DNA of 64,000 nucleotides from Heterodontus francisci (Eukaryota): assembly GCF_036365525.1 (NCBI RefSeq), contig NC_090414.1, positions 19,615,846-19,679,845 of the forward strand, given 5' to 3'. Of this stretch, positions 24,986-36,932 are shown piece by piece (the stretch's first letter is position 1; the number at the start of each line of letters is the position of its first letter). The notes beneath the pieces are model-generated. The model was not told where the DNA came from. It saw only the letters and a program-made list of their open reading frames with translations, and made no database searches. The position numbers and the translations under genes are program-made.

Positions 24986-25560
24986 AGCCACCTTGGAGCA
25001 CTTTCAGAAAGTCACAAGAACCAATACATTACAAGCTCATTGTGAATTGCACAGCCTGGCCTCAGTTTTGAACATGGAAAACAGTTTAACGCAGACTGCC
25101 CAATCAACAATTAGACAGTGGCGACTGATGGCATTTGAACTCATTACTGTTCGAGCAATAAGCAGCTTCACAGCAATATTTTTGGAACGAACAAAAACAA
25201 GGGGGGGGGGGGGGGGGGAAGAAAAGTCAGACCAGGACCAAAATAAGTATCCTCCATACTGTTAGCTAGATTTATACCCATCATATATTGCCAATCAATC
25301 ATTCTCGAAGCTAAGTCTCCAGCAACCAGAAAAAGGGTCAAAGCACAGCTTCACACTGCTGTGGGACTTCAGCACCAGTCTAAATGCTCCACTGATCTAC
25401 CAAACAAGCATCACTTAGTGGTGAGAGAGTGTACTGCAGCAGTGTTTGCAACATTAGAAAACAAGTGTCGGGGGGGACCCAGCGCAGGTTCCAATTGTGT
25501 TGCCAGGGTCTAGCGCTGGGGTGGGGGGGGGGGGGGGGGGTGGGGGGACTGGTGCGAAGT

Positions 25561-25920
25561 GGAGAAACAGTGGCAGTGGTTAGCACCGCAGCCTCAAAGC
25601 TCCAGCGACCCGGGTTCAATTCTGAGTACTGCCTGTGTGGAGTTTGCAAGTTCTCCCTGTGTCTGCGTGGGTTTCCTCCGGGTGCTCCGGTTTCTTCCCA
25701 CATGCCAAAGACTTGCAGGTTGATAGGTAAATTGGCCATTATAAATTGCCCCTAGTATAGGTAGGCGGTAGGGAAATATTGGGACAGGTGGGGGATGTGG
25801 TAGGAATATGGAATTAGTGTAGGATTAGTATAAGTGGGTGGTTGATGGTCAGCACAGACCCAGTGGGCCGAAGGGCCTGTTTCAGTGCTGTACCTGTAAA
25901 AAAAAAATAATAAATAAATA
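25561..25920 (+). mobile_element. HE1-like SINE
   Basis: gcagtggttagcaccgcagcctc...gggttcaattc head; CR1-shared tail; A-rich end. Confidence 0.9.
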
Positions 25921-26504
25921 TGCACGGATGCACCAAGAGGGAAGGTTCTACTGTTGCTGCCTATGCCACATGCTCATTTGGTGCCTGGTACCATCAGGTG
26001 CTTTACACAGACCAAGTAATCATAACTGATGAACAGGAAACTCCAAGTCTTTAGGAAGCCCAAGTGCATAACAGCAATCCTACATACAGTTCTCCTACAC
26101 AGCTTTTGCACTAGTTACACTTCAAGAGCCAACTCTGGTGCCCATTAACACATGTCTGTTATTAAATGATCTAAGTCAGGATGGTTGGACCCAATGGCCG
26201 GTTTCCATGCTGTCTATTATGCAATATCTCAGCCAGACTCCAGAAACATCCCAAAGCTGTTGCAGTTAGGATCAGCCACAGTGGTGATGGGTGGAGATGG
26301 TTAGTCCAGTGGAGTGGGTGAGGAAAAGCAAGTTGTTTCCACTCAGTCTTTAAGAGTAACCCCTGTCACAAGGCAGAAAATAAGACACCAGGATCTAGCT
26401 TTGCTACCACCTCTATGGATAAATAGCCATAAAAATACTGATGCCATGAAAAGACTGCAAGGTGGACCATTGAAGTAGTGTACCAGAGCCAACTGCTCCT
26501 CGCA

Positions 26505-26635
26505 TCAGTTGTGATGAAAAGTCACTGACCTGAAATGTTAACACTGTTCCTCTCTCCACAGATGCTGCCAGACCTGCTGAGTATTTCCAACACTTTTTAA
26601 TTTCAGATTTCCAGCATCCTCAGTATTTTGCTTTT
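26505..26635 (+). mobile_element. Penelope-like terminal remnant, second copy
   Basis: gtgatgaaaagtcactgacctgaaatgttaac...gatgctgccagacctgctgag matches 3690-3822. Confidence 0.6.
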
Positions 26636-26651
26636 AAATTTTCTTTTGGTG

Positions 26652-26895
26652 CTGTGAGAAGGATAAATATTGGCTAGAACAGGATAACTCTCTTGCTCCT
26701 CTCAATAGTGCCATGGGATCTCTATCCACCCACGACAGCAGACAGGACCTCGCTTTAACGTCTCATCCGAAAAATGGTGCAGCATTCTCAGTACTACAGT
26801 GCAGATCAATCTATCTAGATTATAGGCTCAGGTTTCTGCAATGGGTCTTGAAGCTACAGTCTGCAGTCACAGTACAACCACTGAGCCAAGGCCAC
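26652..26895 (-). mobile_element. DeuSINE-like SINE fragment
   Basis: ggataaatattggc...atagtgccatgggatc...ttaacgtctcatccgaaa. Confidence 0.75.
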
Positions 26896-29577
26896 AAGTG
26901 GACTGTTTGCTGGGCAATTCCATCTTCAACTCCATTCAGAATCCCCCCAGTAATGAAGCAGCCAATCCAGGCTACAATAGCACCTTCAGAAACATTAAAC
27001 CCAGGTTTGGGATGAACACCAGCAATATTCAATACCCAATTGCCAGTTAACAACCATGTTGAAAAGAATCCCCAGCCATCTTCACTTGATATCAAACAGC
27101 ACCAATGAGCCTCCCTCACCATCATCATCTTGGGTCATCAGAAGCTCAAATCAATCAAGTAGACCAGATGACAAGTACCCTTGACACATGACTCACCTAC
27201 TGATTCCTCAAATCCTAATATCTACAAAGGCGGAGCATTATGGAAAACTCACCATGGCTCTTGGTTGGGTACAGCTACCACACACCATCCAAGACCAAGT
27301 AATTCAGTTGTCTGATGCCTCTGCCAGTGGACTCATTGTCCACCCCCTCCACCACTGGTGCACAATGGCTGTCGGACACATGATCTGCAGCAAGTCAACT
27401 CCGTTACTTCAACAGCACCTCTCTCGCCTACAACAGAGAAGGAGAAACAGCAGTGTTGCAGGATGACCGTCACCTCCACGTCATACCCCACCCGGAGGTT
27501 ATATCACTGCTTCTTCAGCATTGTTCAGTCACTATCCCTGAATTGCCCAATAGACAACAGTGTTGGAGCACCATTGCTACAAGGACTACAGTAGTTCAAG
27601 GAGGAAAGTCCATTATCACCTTCAAGGGAGTTAGGAATAGGTAATAAGTGTTCACCTGGTATCTTCCGAGTGAAGATACTCATTGAAACCATACCCCAAA
27701 TAAGAGTCAATATCTTGAAAGACAAGATGGGAGAAAGACAGGTTTTGAATTTAACATGACCCTTCAGTTAAAAAAAAACGTTGATGGCCCTCAAAATTTA
27801 AAAAGGCCTCCATTAACAAATCCAAAAGAGAATATCTGGGCTCTTGGGGTTATTTAGGAAATAACCATCTTTTATTTAATTGCTTTGAAATATCAAAAGA
27901 AAAACAGCCAAGTCTGTAATTTTCAATGCAGTTGGATATCACAAGCTCCCAATTTCACTCTTGATATCCAACTGCTTTACTCACAGCCAGCACGATCAAG
28001 CTACAGAACCACAATCACTAACTGGGAATCCAATGTTAGGAAGATCATTCGATAGGGTTCATAATCTCATAAGGCTCACAGGACTGATCAAGATTTGTAG
28101 AGAACAGATGGACTTATTACCCTTCAAGTTTAACCCTGATGGACAGGGGCAGATGTACCTCAGCCTGGAGAGTCAGAAGTTTATGTTCCAACAAACAGTA
28201 CAGTGTCAGCTGGGTTCAGTGGACCGGAAAGTTAGATTGCTCATCCCCACACTGGGAGTTCAGCAGGCCTAGACTGCCACTAGTGAATTACAGCAAGAGT
28301 ATAGTTTTGTTGGAGGTGCCATCCTTTAGAAATATTAAATCAAGGTTCTATCTTATTGATGTTAAAAAGGTGCTATGATACTTTTATGCTCTCCAATTTT
28401 AAGATTCTCCTTCTGGGTTTTCAAATCCCTCCATGGTCTCACCACTCCCCATCTCCAACATCTCTCCAATCCTCCAGTGTCTCGAGCATCCCCAATTTTT
28501 TTCACCCCTCTTTTGCCAGCCTTGTCTTTAGCTGCCCAAGTCCAAGCTCTGGAATTCCCTCCACCTTTCTCTTCCTTTAAGCTGCTCTGTCACCTTCCAG
28601 TTTAACCATGTGTGGCTCAGTATCAAATGTTGTTTGATAACACTCCTGTGAAATGCCTTGGGAGATTTTACTAAATTAAGGTGCTATACAAAATAAATTG
28701 TTGTAAGCTGACCAACATTAATCCTGCAAATAAAGAATCACATGGTCCTTTATTTCATTGTGAACCATTGGTGGGATGAATAGTAGCCACATTTTCCTAT
28801 GTAACCAGTTACAAAATTGGCCACTGTGACCAGGCACTATATAGAAATGCCAGTTTATTTTGGGCAGTTCACCAAGCAACATTATCCTGTCAGCACTGAA
28901 CAAGCAGCTGTTCAGGGTTGTTCCAGCAAGTCACAGAATTACAGACAGCAAGATAAACTCCCCATTTTGATCACACTAACGCTACACATGGTGTACATTC
29001 CATCAAACTGGATTAGATTTTGATTTAAACGCAGAACTGGAGGAAATTAGATTTCAAGCCACGCTACTGATCTTGCGTCATCGCAAAAACAGATAGTCAT
29101 TATCTCATGCTGATTTTGGGAGCTTGTAACGTGGAAATTGGCTGCCCCATTTCCTACAACAGTAACCGCACTTTGAAGGTTCTTCATTGGCTGTAAAGCA
29201 CTTCGAGATGTCTTGAAGTTGTGAAGGCATTGTAGAAATGAAAATCTACTATTGATGCTGTAAATATTTCAGAATTGAGAAGTCCGTAGCTCCCAACCAA
29301 TTGCTCATTAAAAGATCTTTAATTCCCGATCTCAATATTCCAACAGATCACCACCCAAGAGTTTTTCTCTTCAATACTGAAAGATGATCTCAAGTTCCAG
29401 CTTTATTTCAATTCAAACATGGTCACTTTAACAGCATTTCCCACTGTTTGTCAACTACAGGTCCACCAAGACAGTTGATGTTTATTAAATGGGAAATTCA
29501 AAATACCCTATCAGGTTCAATAAATCAGACCAGAACAGGCTCGTAAATCTAGAGGATAAATAAATCTATGAACATAC

Positions 29578-29797
29578 CAAGAAGATTAAGAAAGGCTTCC
29601 AACTCTTGGTGCTGTATGACAAATGGAGCCTCCTTTGAGGCTTTTGACATCTTGCTGGATTCCCCTTCACCCCTCTCCTGCAGACGAGACTTCCGAACCA
29701 CCAAATCCCGGTTCTGACGTGACAGTTTTGAAACCCCTGGCTTCACCTGAACGGTGACCGAAGAGGGATTCTGTGAGCGTGTCTGGTTGTGCCTCAT
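29578..29797 (-). CDS. SPDYC: Speedy/RINGO coding exon 1 (MRHNQTRSQNPSSVTVQVK...QELEAFLNLL)
   Basis: ATG at 29797; exon starts 29826 after tattgcag; donor G|gtatgt; MRHNQ start typical of Speedy proteins. Joined CDS 882 nt = 293 aa. Confidence 0.93.
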
Positions 29798-30164
29798 GAT
29801 GGTAAATGAAGGCAGTTAGGGGTGGTCTGCAATATAAAACAGGAATGGATCACAGACCATGATGCAGTTTCAAGGTAACAGCAGGGATAAAGACAGCCCC
29901 AATATTGCATGGTGCATTGTAAAGATTGAGCAGTACAGAAAGCAGTCTTTGTTCAGTTCGCCAATATATTAGACTTATCTCTCACATTTTATAGGGTCAA
30001 GTCAACTTACTGCAGTTCTAAGCCATGATACAAATTTCCATAATAGCAAAGTGAAGTCACGAATTGGTTGAGTACTTTTTTCCCCCCTTAGGGAACCTTA
30101 GTAACACCTTTAGGCCAGATGCATCATGGAATAGGAGCATAGCAACACAACTAACCACATCACA

Positions 30165-33060
30165 AAATAGAATCATAGAATGGTTACAGCACAGGAGGCC
30201 ATTTGGCCTGTCATATCCATGCTGGCTCTCTGCAACAGCAACTCACCGAGTCCCACTCCCCACATCTTTTCCCCATAGCCCTGCAGATTTTGTCTTCAAA
30301 TTATTGCCCAATCCTCTTCTGAAAGCCATGATTGAATCTGCCTCCACTACACTCAGGCAATGCATTCCAGATCCTAAACTTTTTTTTTTAAAAAGCGAGT
30401 GGTTTTCATGTCACCATTGCTTCTTTTGCCAATCACCTTAAAATCTGTGCCCTCCGGTTCTCGAACTTCCTGCCAACAGGAACAGTCTCTCCCCATCTAC
30501 TCTGTCCAGACCTCTCATGATTTTGAGCACCTCTATCAAATCTCCTCTCAACCTTCTCTTCTCTAAAGGAGAACAGCCCCATCTTCTCTAATCTATCCAC
30601 ATAAAAATTCCTCATCTCCGGAACTATTCAAGTCTTTTCTGCATCCTCTAATGCTTTCCCATTCTCTCTAAAGTGTAGTTCCTAGAACTAGACACAATGC
30701 GCCAGTTGAGGCTGAACCAATGTTCTAGACAGGTTTATCATAACTTTCTTGTTTTTGTATTCCACGCCCCTACTTAAAAAGCCCAAGATCCCGTCTGCTT
30801 TCTTGACACAAGAAATAGGAGTAGGCCATTCGGCCCTTCAAACCTGCTCCACCATTCAATGAGATCATGGCTGATGTACTTCAACACCATTTTCCTGCAC
30901 TATTCCCATATCCCTGGACATTTTTAATATGTAGAAATTTATCAATCTGAGTTTTGAAACATACTCAACAACTGAACCCCCACAACCCTCTGGGGTAGAG
31001 AATTGCAAATATTCCACCCCCCCCCCACCGTGAACAGATTGCTTATCTCAGTCCGAAATGGCCTCCCTCTTATTCTGAGACTGTGTCCCCTGGTTCTAGA
31101 CTCCCCAGCCAGGGGAAACATCTTTCCTGCATCTACCCTCTCAAGCCCTGTAAGAATTTTGTATATTTGAAGGAGATCAACTCCAATTCTGCTAAACTCC
31201 AGAGAATAAAGGCCCAGTCTATTTAATCTTTCCTCATAGGACAATTCCTCCATCCCAGTAATTAGTTTGGTGAAGCTTCATTGCACTTCTTGGAGAGGTG
31301 ATTTGATAGAGGTATTTTCAAAATCATCAGTGGTCTGGACAGAGTATATAGGAAGAAACTGTTCCCACTCATGAAAGGATCGAGAACGAGAGCACACAGA
31401 TTTAAAGTAATGGGTAAGAGAAGCAAAAGTGACAAATAAAAACTTTTTCACACAGCAAGTGGCTAAGGTCTGGAATACACTGCCCAAGAGTGCAGTGGAA
31501 GCAGTTCAGTTGAAGCATTCAAAAGGGAATTAGACTTGAGTAAAAAGAAAGAATGTGCAGGGTTACAGGGAGGTGGTGGTGGAATGGCACTAAGTCAATT
31601 GCTCTTTCAGAGAGCCAGGGTGGACATGGACCGAATGATCTCCTCCTGCACTGTAACAAATGAGATTCCTGCTATGGCAAGTATATCTGTCTTTGAGTAA
31701 AGAGACCAAAACAGCACTCAATACTCCAGGTGTGGTCTCATAATTGCAGCAAGACTTATTTACTTCTATACTCAAATCCCCTTGTAATAAAGGCCAGCAT
31801 ACTAGTTGCCTTTTTAGTTGCTTGCTGTACTTGCAGGTTAGCTTTCAGTGACTTAGGAACAAGGACACCCAAGTCCCTTTGAAGTGAACACTTCCCAGCC
31901 TCTCACCATTTAAGAAATACTCTATTTCTGTTTTTCCTACCAAAGTGGATAACCTCACATTTCTCCACATTGTATTCCATCTGCCAAATTTTTGCCCGCT
32001 CACAGCCTCGACAAATCCCCTTGAAGCATCTTTGCATCCTTCTCAACTCACATCCACCTAGTTTGGTCATCTGCAACTTGGAAATATTACATTTAATGTC
32101 CACATCCAAATCATTGAAATAGATTGTGAATAGCTGGGGGCCCCAAGCACTGATCCTTGCAGTACCTCAAGTCAACCTGAAAATAACCCATTTATTCCTA
32201 TTCAGTTTCCTGGCTGTTAACCAGTTCTCAATCCATGCCAGTATATTCCCCCCCCCCCAATCCCATGTGTTCTAATTTTGTTTGCTAACCTCTTGTGTGG
32301 TAGCTTATCAAATGCTTTCTAAATCTAAATGCACCACATCCACTGGTTCCTCTACCCTGCTTGTTACATCCTCAAAAAACTCCAATAGGTTTGTTCAACA
32401 TGATTTCCATTTCATAAATCCATGTTGACTCTGCCCAATCCTACCTTTAAGTGTCCTGTTATCACATCCTTTATTATAGATTCTAAAATTTTCCCTGATG
32501 TTGGACTAACAGGTCTGTAGTTCCCCATTTTCTCTCTTCCTCCTTTCTTAAATTTGCTACCTTGCAATCTGCAGAAATTATTCTCGAGTCTATAGAATTT
32601 TGAAAGATGGCCACCCATCTATCTCTACAGCCATTTTCTCAACCGGCACTGCCACCTCCAATGATTTGTATACAAATACCAAGATCCCTCTGCACCCCCT
32701 TTAGAATTGTACCCTTTATTTTATATTGCCTCTCCTCGTTCTTCCTACTTCTCTGCATTAAATTCCATCTGTCACTTGTCCATCCATTCCACCAGTCTAT
32801 GTCCCCTTGAAGTCTATCACTATCCTCCTCACAGTTCACACTACTTCCAAGTTTTGTGACATTGCAAATTTTGAAATTGTGCCCTGTACACCCAAGTCTA
32901 GGTCATTAATACACATCAGGAAAAGCAGGGGTCCCAACACTGACCCCTGGGGAACCCCACTGTATGTCTTCCTCCAGTCCAAGAAACAACCACTCACTAC
33001 TGCTTGCTGTCACTCTACCAATTCCATATCCATACTGCTATTGTCCTTTAATTCCATGGG
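30165..33060 (-). mobile_element. Cluster of nested CR1 fragments (mostly minus strand; plus-strand piece about 31290-31660)
   Basis: RT peptides LSYEERLNRLGLYSLEF, WQMEYNVEKCEVIHFG, GNYRPVS; several CR1 tails. Confidence 0.85.
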
Positions 33061-34577
33061 CATTTACTGAAAAAACTCTCCTGCACTTTTCTAAAAAAAA
33101 TGTCATAACCCCCCCCATGGCTCAACTAACATTTACATCTACCAAGCAATACCAAACTTGGGGGACGGTAGCACAACAATTGGCCACAATATCCCTTGGA
33201 TTTGGGATGGGGTACAGAAGAGAAAAACATTTTCAATCACTATAGAAGTGTACACCCAGAGGAGATAATCTAGCATAGGGCTGGGACACACTTTACAGCC
33301 TACCAGCTAAAGATTATATTGAATGAGCACTTGGGCAACATATCAGGAGAACACATATGGAACAACACCCAATGGGGGGGGGGGGGGGGGGGGGTCAAGG
33401 CTAGTAGGAAAAACTCAAGCCCTGTGAAAATATTCAGGAGAAATAAACACTTGGCTTACCATTAGTTAAAAAGTTACCATTCTACAATGAACGCATATAT
33501 TTAACTAGAACACCAGCAACTTTGAAAATTGCTTTTTTATTTGACAGTCTACCAAACACACAACATAAGAGGTCATGGGAGACATACAAATCCAAAAAAA
33601 TTCACTCTAGTCAAAGTAGTGGGTTTTTAAAAAAATCCTTCTTGAGAGATATTTAAGTAAAAAGGATACCCAAGCTAAGAGCCAAACTCTGCCCCAAGTT
33701 TGTTTTTTAAAAAGCTAGAGCAATTACATCCCAACAGCACATTTAGAACCAGGGAGCCCAAAATAGCAAAGCTTACAAAACGGTTGAAAAAAGTGCAAAT
33801 GTTCACATTTTAGAGATCTCACCACTTATGAACTCCCACACATTTTTCCTATTGCTTTTGTTTCAAAAATAAACTTTGAACATATTGCACATCAATTCTG
33901 TAAATTGGGATTGGACGGGATGAAGTTAATTTGGGCGGGAAGCGGGGTGGGGGGAGAAGAAACACGTGGAAATCCCCACAGAATGATAAAGCTTTGCAAA
34001 TTGGTGTTGGGTCCCAACCCATAATTAAATCAAGTTCCCCCCTCATGCATCAAACCAGCAGTTCACTTTTGATAAAACAAAAAGTATCTCCCCAATCTAT
34101 GGTGGGAAACTCAACATAATTCCTTCGGGAGCTGATCCCAGGTATCCCCTTTGGACACTTGAACAGCATCGACCTCATGGCCGCCATTTTAGGCGCCAGT
34201 TGCAGGCAAATCCAAGAGACTCACTCGATGGTCTGCTTCGCAACCCCACCCTTCAGACAACCACTGCTGTTTTTTTTTTTAAAACACTCCCTTCCACCCC
34301 CCTTGCCTAAAAATGTCGTCTTTAAAAGACGCTGTCTGTCTCCCTCCATTCAATACCCTCCCAACCATTTCCCCTTCCCTCCTCTCCAGCTCGCGCCTTC
34401 TTCGCCTCCGCTCACCTGGAACGAGGCACGTGCCGCACCTGTTCGGCGCCTGCCCGGGAACCGGCTTCTCATAGGTTGCCGCCTCGACACGTCAGCGCGC
34501 CGCGCCCAATCGCTGTCCCGCGTTGGGCGTAAACACCCGCCCCTTCCCCTCCAATCCCGAGCCCGCGTGGCGGCGTG

Positions 34578-34591
34578 GTTACCATGGGAAC
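34578..34591. promoter_or_regulatory. RFX X-box
   Basis: GTTACCATGGGAAC matches GTTRCCATGGNAAC. Confidence 0.6.
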
Positions 34592-34672
34592 CAGTCGCCC
34601 TCAGCGTCAACGGCGCCGGAAGAATAAAAACAGTTTGAATTTTTTTTAAAACCCATCTACGCCCCCCCACCC

Positions 34673-34680
34673 TGACGTGA
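34673..34680 (+). promoter_or_regulatory. UPRE (XBP1/ATF6-type) motif
   Basis: TGACGTGA matches TGACGTG(G/A). Confidence 0.5.
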
Positions 34681-34849
34681 TTTCTTAACCACCTTTGTTT
34701 ATTTTGATGGTTAGGTTTAAATTTAATCCACCAGGTCCTAACAGGTTGTTGTGGAAAAAAAATAATACGTGCCATAGGCTGACGAGATTCATTGGTCCAA
34801 GTGGACAGAGATTCCGCTGTTGATTGGCGGGAGCGGGCGGGGAGGGGTG

Positions 34850-34922
34850 GAGGAGCCATGTTCTGATTGGACGAGATGCCATGTTCTGATTGGACGAGGA
34901 GCCACGTTCTGATTGGACGAGG
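34850..34922. repeat. Three 23-bp tandem units, each with an inverted CCAAT box
   Basis: gcca(t/c)gttctgATTGGacgag x3; ATTGG at 34866, 34889 and 34912. Confidence 0.92.
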
Positions 34923-34991
34923 CGATGGAAGGCTGCGTGAAACTCCTGTATCTCGATTGGCCAATGATGCTCGCGGTTAGCGGCAAGGCGA

Positions 34992-35010
34992 CCAATGGGA
35001 AGTGGCCACG
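34992..35010 (+). promoter_or_regulatory. ER stress response element (ERSE)
   Basis: CCAAT-gggaagtgg-CCACG is an exact CCAAT-N9-CCACG, upstream of a known UPR target gene. Confidence 0.85.
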
Positions 35011-35561
35011 GACTCGGTTCCGTGCAGCTGTGGCGCAAAGTCAGGTGTCGGAGGAGGAAGAAAAATCTCGAGGGACCGACTAAGGGGGAGGAGTGGGTGG
35101 GGGAAGACACTGGGACGTTACAAGACGGCGACAGTGGGCAGCCTTTCTGAAGTGAGGGTCGAACTCGGGACTAGTTGCGAGCAGCAGGCGGACGCGCGTC
35201 GTCGGAGAGGTGAGAATGCGGACCTTTTGTTTGGGGTCTCGGAAGTAGAAGGAAGAAAAATTCCTGGACGCAAGCCCGGGAAGGGGGAGGGGGAGGGAAG
35301 ATAAAAAGTGATGGACTCTCCGACCGGAAGTGAGGTGTCTGAGGCCATCTCGCTGCTGTCACTGTTAGAGATCGTGGGCCGGTGAGTCTTGAGGCGGTGG
35401 CGGCTTGGAGTTCGGCCCGGGGAGAGGGAAAGCGGGAGGCCCGCTGTCACTGTGTCGGCCCAGTTCTGGGGAGCCCGGTCTTCCTTTGGCCCCACAGGCC
35501 AGATCCTTGGAAGTGGCGTATGTGGAGCTCAGGCCTGGCTGCCCCTGACGGGGTGACAGCG

Positions 35562-35835
35562 TTAGAGAACCCCCTTTATTTGTTTAAATCTCTCTCCAGC
35601 TCCTCTAAAGACATCTTTTACCCGTTTAAGTGCCCCACAGCTTCTCTAAAGCCCACTTTACCTGTTTAAATCTCCCTCCAGCTGCTCTAAAACCCCCTTT
35701 AACCTGTCTAAATCCCTCTCCAAATCCTCTAAGGCCCCCATTTGGCTGTTTAAATGCCCCACAGCTTCTCTAAAGCTCCCTTTACCCATTTAAATCTCCC
35801 TCCAGCTGCTCTAAAGCCCCCATTTAGCTGTTCGT
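35562..35835. repeat. 41-42-bp minisatellite (about 6.5 units) in SYVN1 intron 1
   Basis: ctctaaagcccactttacctgtttaaatctccctccagctg and variants. Confidence 0.85.
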
Positions 35836-36217
35836 AAGGTTCCCAAAGTCACTTTAACTGTTTAAAACGTTCTCTCTCAACTCAGTTAAAGGTGTCTCTC
35901 GTGCCCATCTCCCATTTATTCCCATTGTGGATTGACCTGTTAATTTTCACTATTTTCTCAGCTTATTTCAGATACAACATTGTGGAGATTGTAATCATCT
36001 CCCTCTCTCTTCCTTTTTTAGGTTTGGGATCCCAGTGCCCCAGCCGAGGAGCGCCAACAGGACCCAAGTGACCCTTGTTCGGACGGGCGCACGCATTCCT
36101 CGCCTGTGAGAGGTCGTGAGGGAGTGGTGCAGGTTTTATTTTTTCCCCAGAGCCCAGTTCCGGGACTCAGGTTCCCGGTGAATCTCCAGCAAGCTGTTTC
36201 CCGCGGGGAGAGACGCG

Positions 36218-36349
36218 ATGGTCCGATCGACGTTGGCAACTGCTGCCAGCCTGGTGCTCACCACCACTGTGGTCACCCACGCCTATTACCTTAAACGGCA
36301 GTTCTACCCCACCGTGGTGTACCTGACTAAATCCAGCCCCAGTATGGCG
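36218..36349 (+). CDS. SYVN1: E3 ubiquitin ligase synoviolin/HRD1, coding exon 1 (MVRSTL...QFYPTVVYLTKSSPSMA)
   Basis: Matches the HRD1 N-terminus; donor GCG|gtaggt; candidate acceptors at 36021 or 36150. Joined CDS 1872 nt = 623 aa. Confidence 0.96.
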
Positions 36350-36514
36350 GTAGGTACTGAGGAGGTGGAAGGGAAGGAGCTTATTATTCCATCAAGCTTT
36401 TGAGCGTAGAGCTATGGTTCAGGATACTGCACAGATTGCAAAGCGTAGGACAAAAGCTAAGATTAAACAAGATGATGCAAAGCCTGTGTTTTAAAAGATT
36501 GTAGGAAAAAGTGA

Positions 36515-36932
36515 AGTCTTTTGTTTTTGCAGCACTTTTCACGTCCCACTAGTGCTTTACAGTCAGTGAAGTATTTTCCAAGCGTAGTCACTGTTGTAAT
36601 GTCGGAAACGTGGCAGCCAATTTGCACACAGCAATGCGATAATGATCAGATCATCTGTCCTTTAGTGATGTTGGTTGAGAGATAAATATGGGCCCCAGGT
36701 CACCAGGGAGAACTCCCCCCTGCCCTCCTTCCAGTTGAGGCCCTGGGATCTTTTGCGTCCGCCTGAAAGAGCAGACGGGGCCATGGTTCAATGTCTCATC
36801 CCAAAATACGGCACCTCTGACAGTGCCACACTCCTTCAGTACTGGAGTGATGGGCTGGATTTTATGTTCAAGTCTCCGAGTAGGCCTTGAACCTTCTGAT
36901 TCTGAGGTGAGATTGCCACCCACTGAGCCATG
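36515..36932 (-). mobile_element. DeuSINE-like SINE
   Basis: Near-complete copy of the family. Confidence 0.8.

Larger units (their letters stand above)
34150..35560. promoter_or_regulatory. CpG-island bidirectional promoter between Speedy and SYVN1
   Basis: CpG-rich against a CpG-poor background; minus-strand donor CCAG|gtgagc at 34416; plus-strand donors at 35209 and 35381; about 10 CCAAT/ATTGG boxes; YY1 GCCGCCATTTT 34180-34190; ETS ACCGGAAGTG 35323-35332. Confidence 0.85.

Noticed and set aside
25500-25550. Long G/C homopolymers (also near 8345, 11713, 15010, 18817, 19260, 33375, 37420) as functional G-quadruplexes
   Set aside because: Scattered without pattern, often inside repeats; run lengths may be sequencing-dependent
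34159-35669. ORFs of 95-204 aa across the CpG island
   Set aside because: GC-rich, stop-poor promoter DNA; the SNQN repeats just reflect the CCAAT triplication
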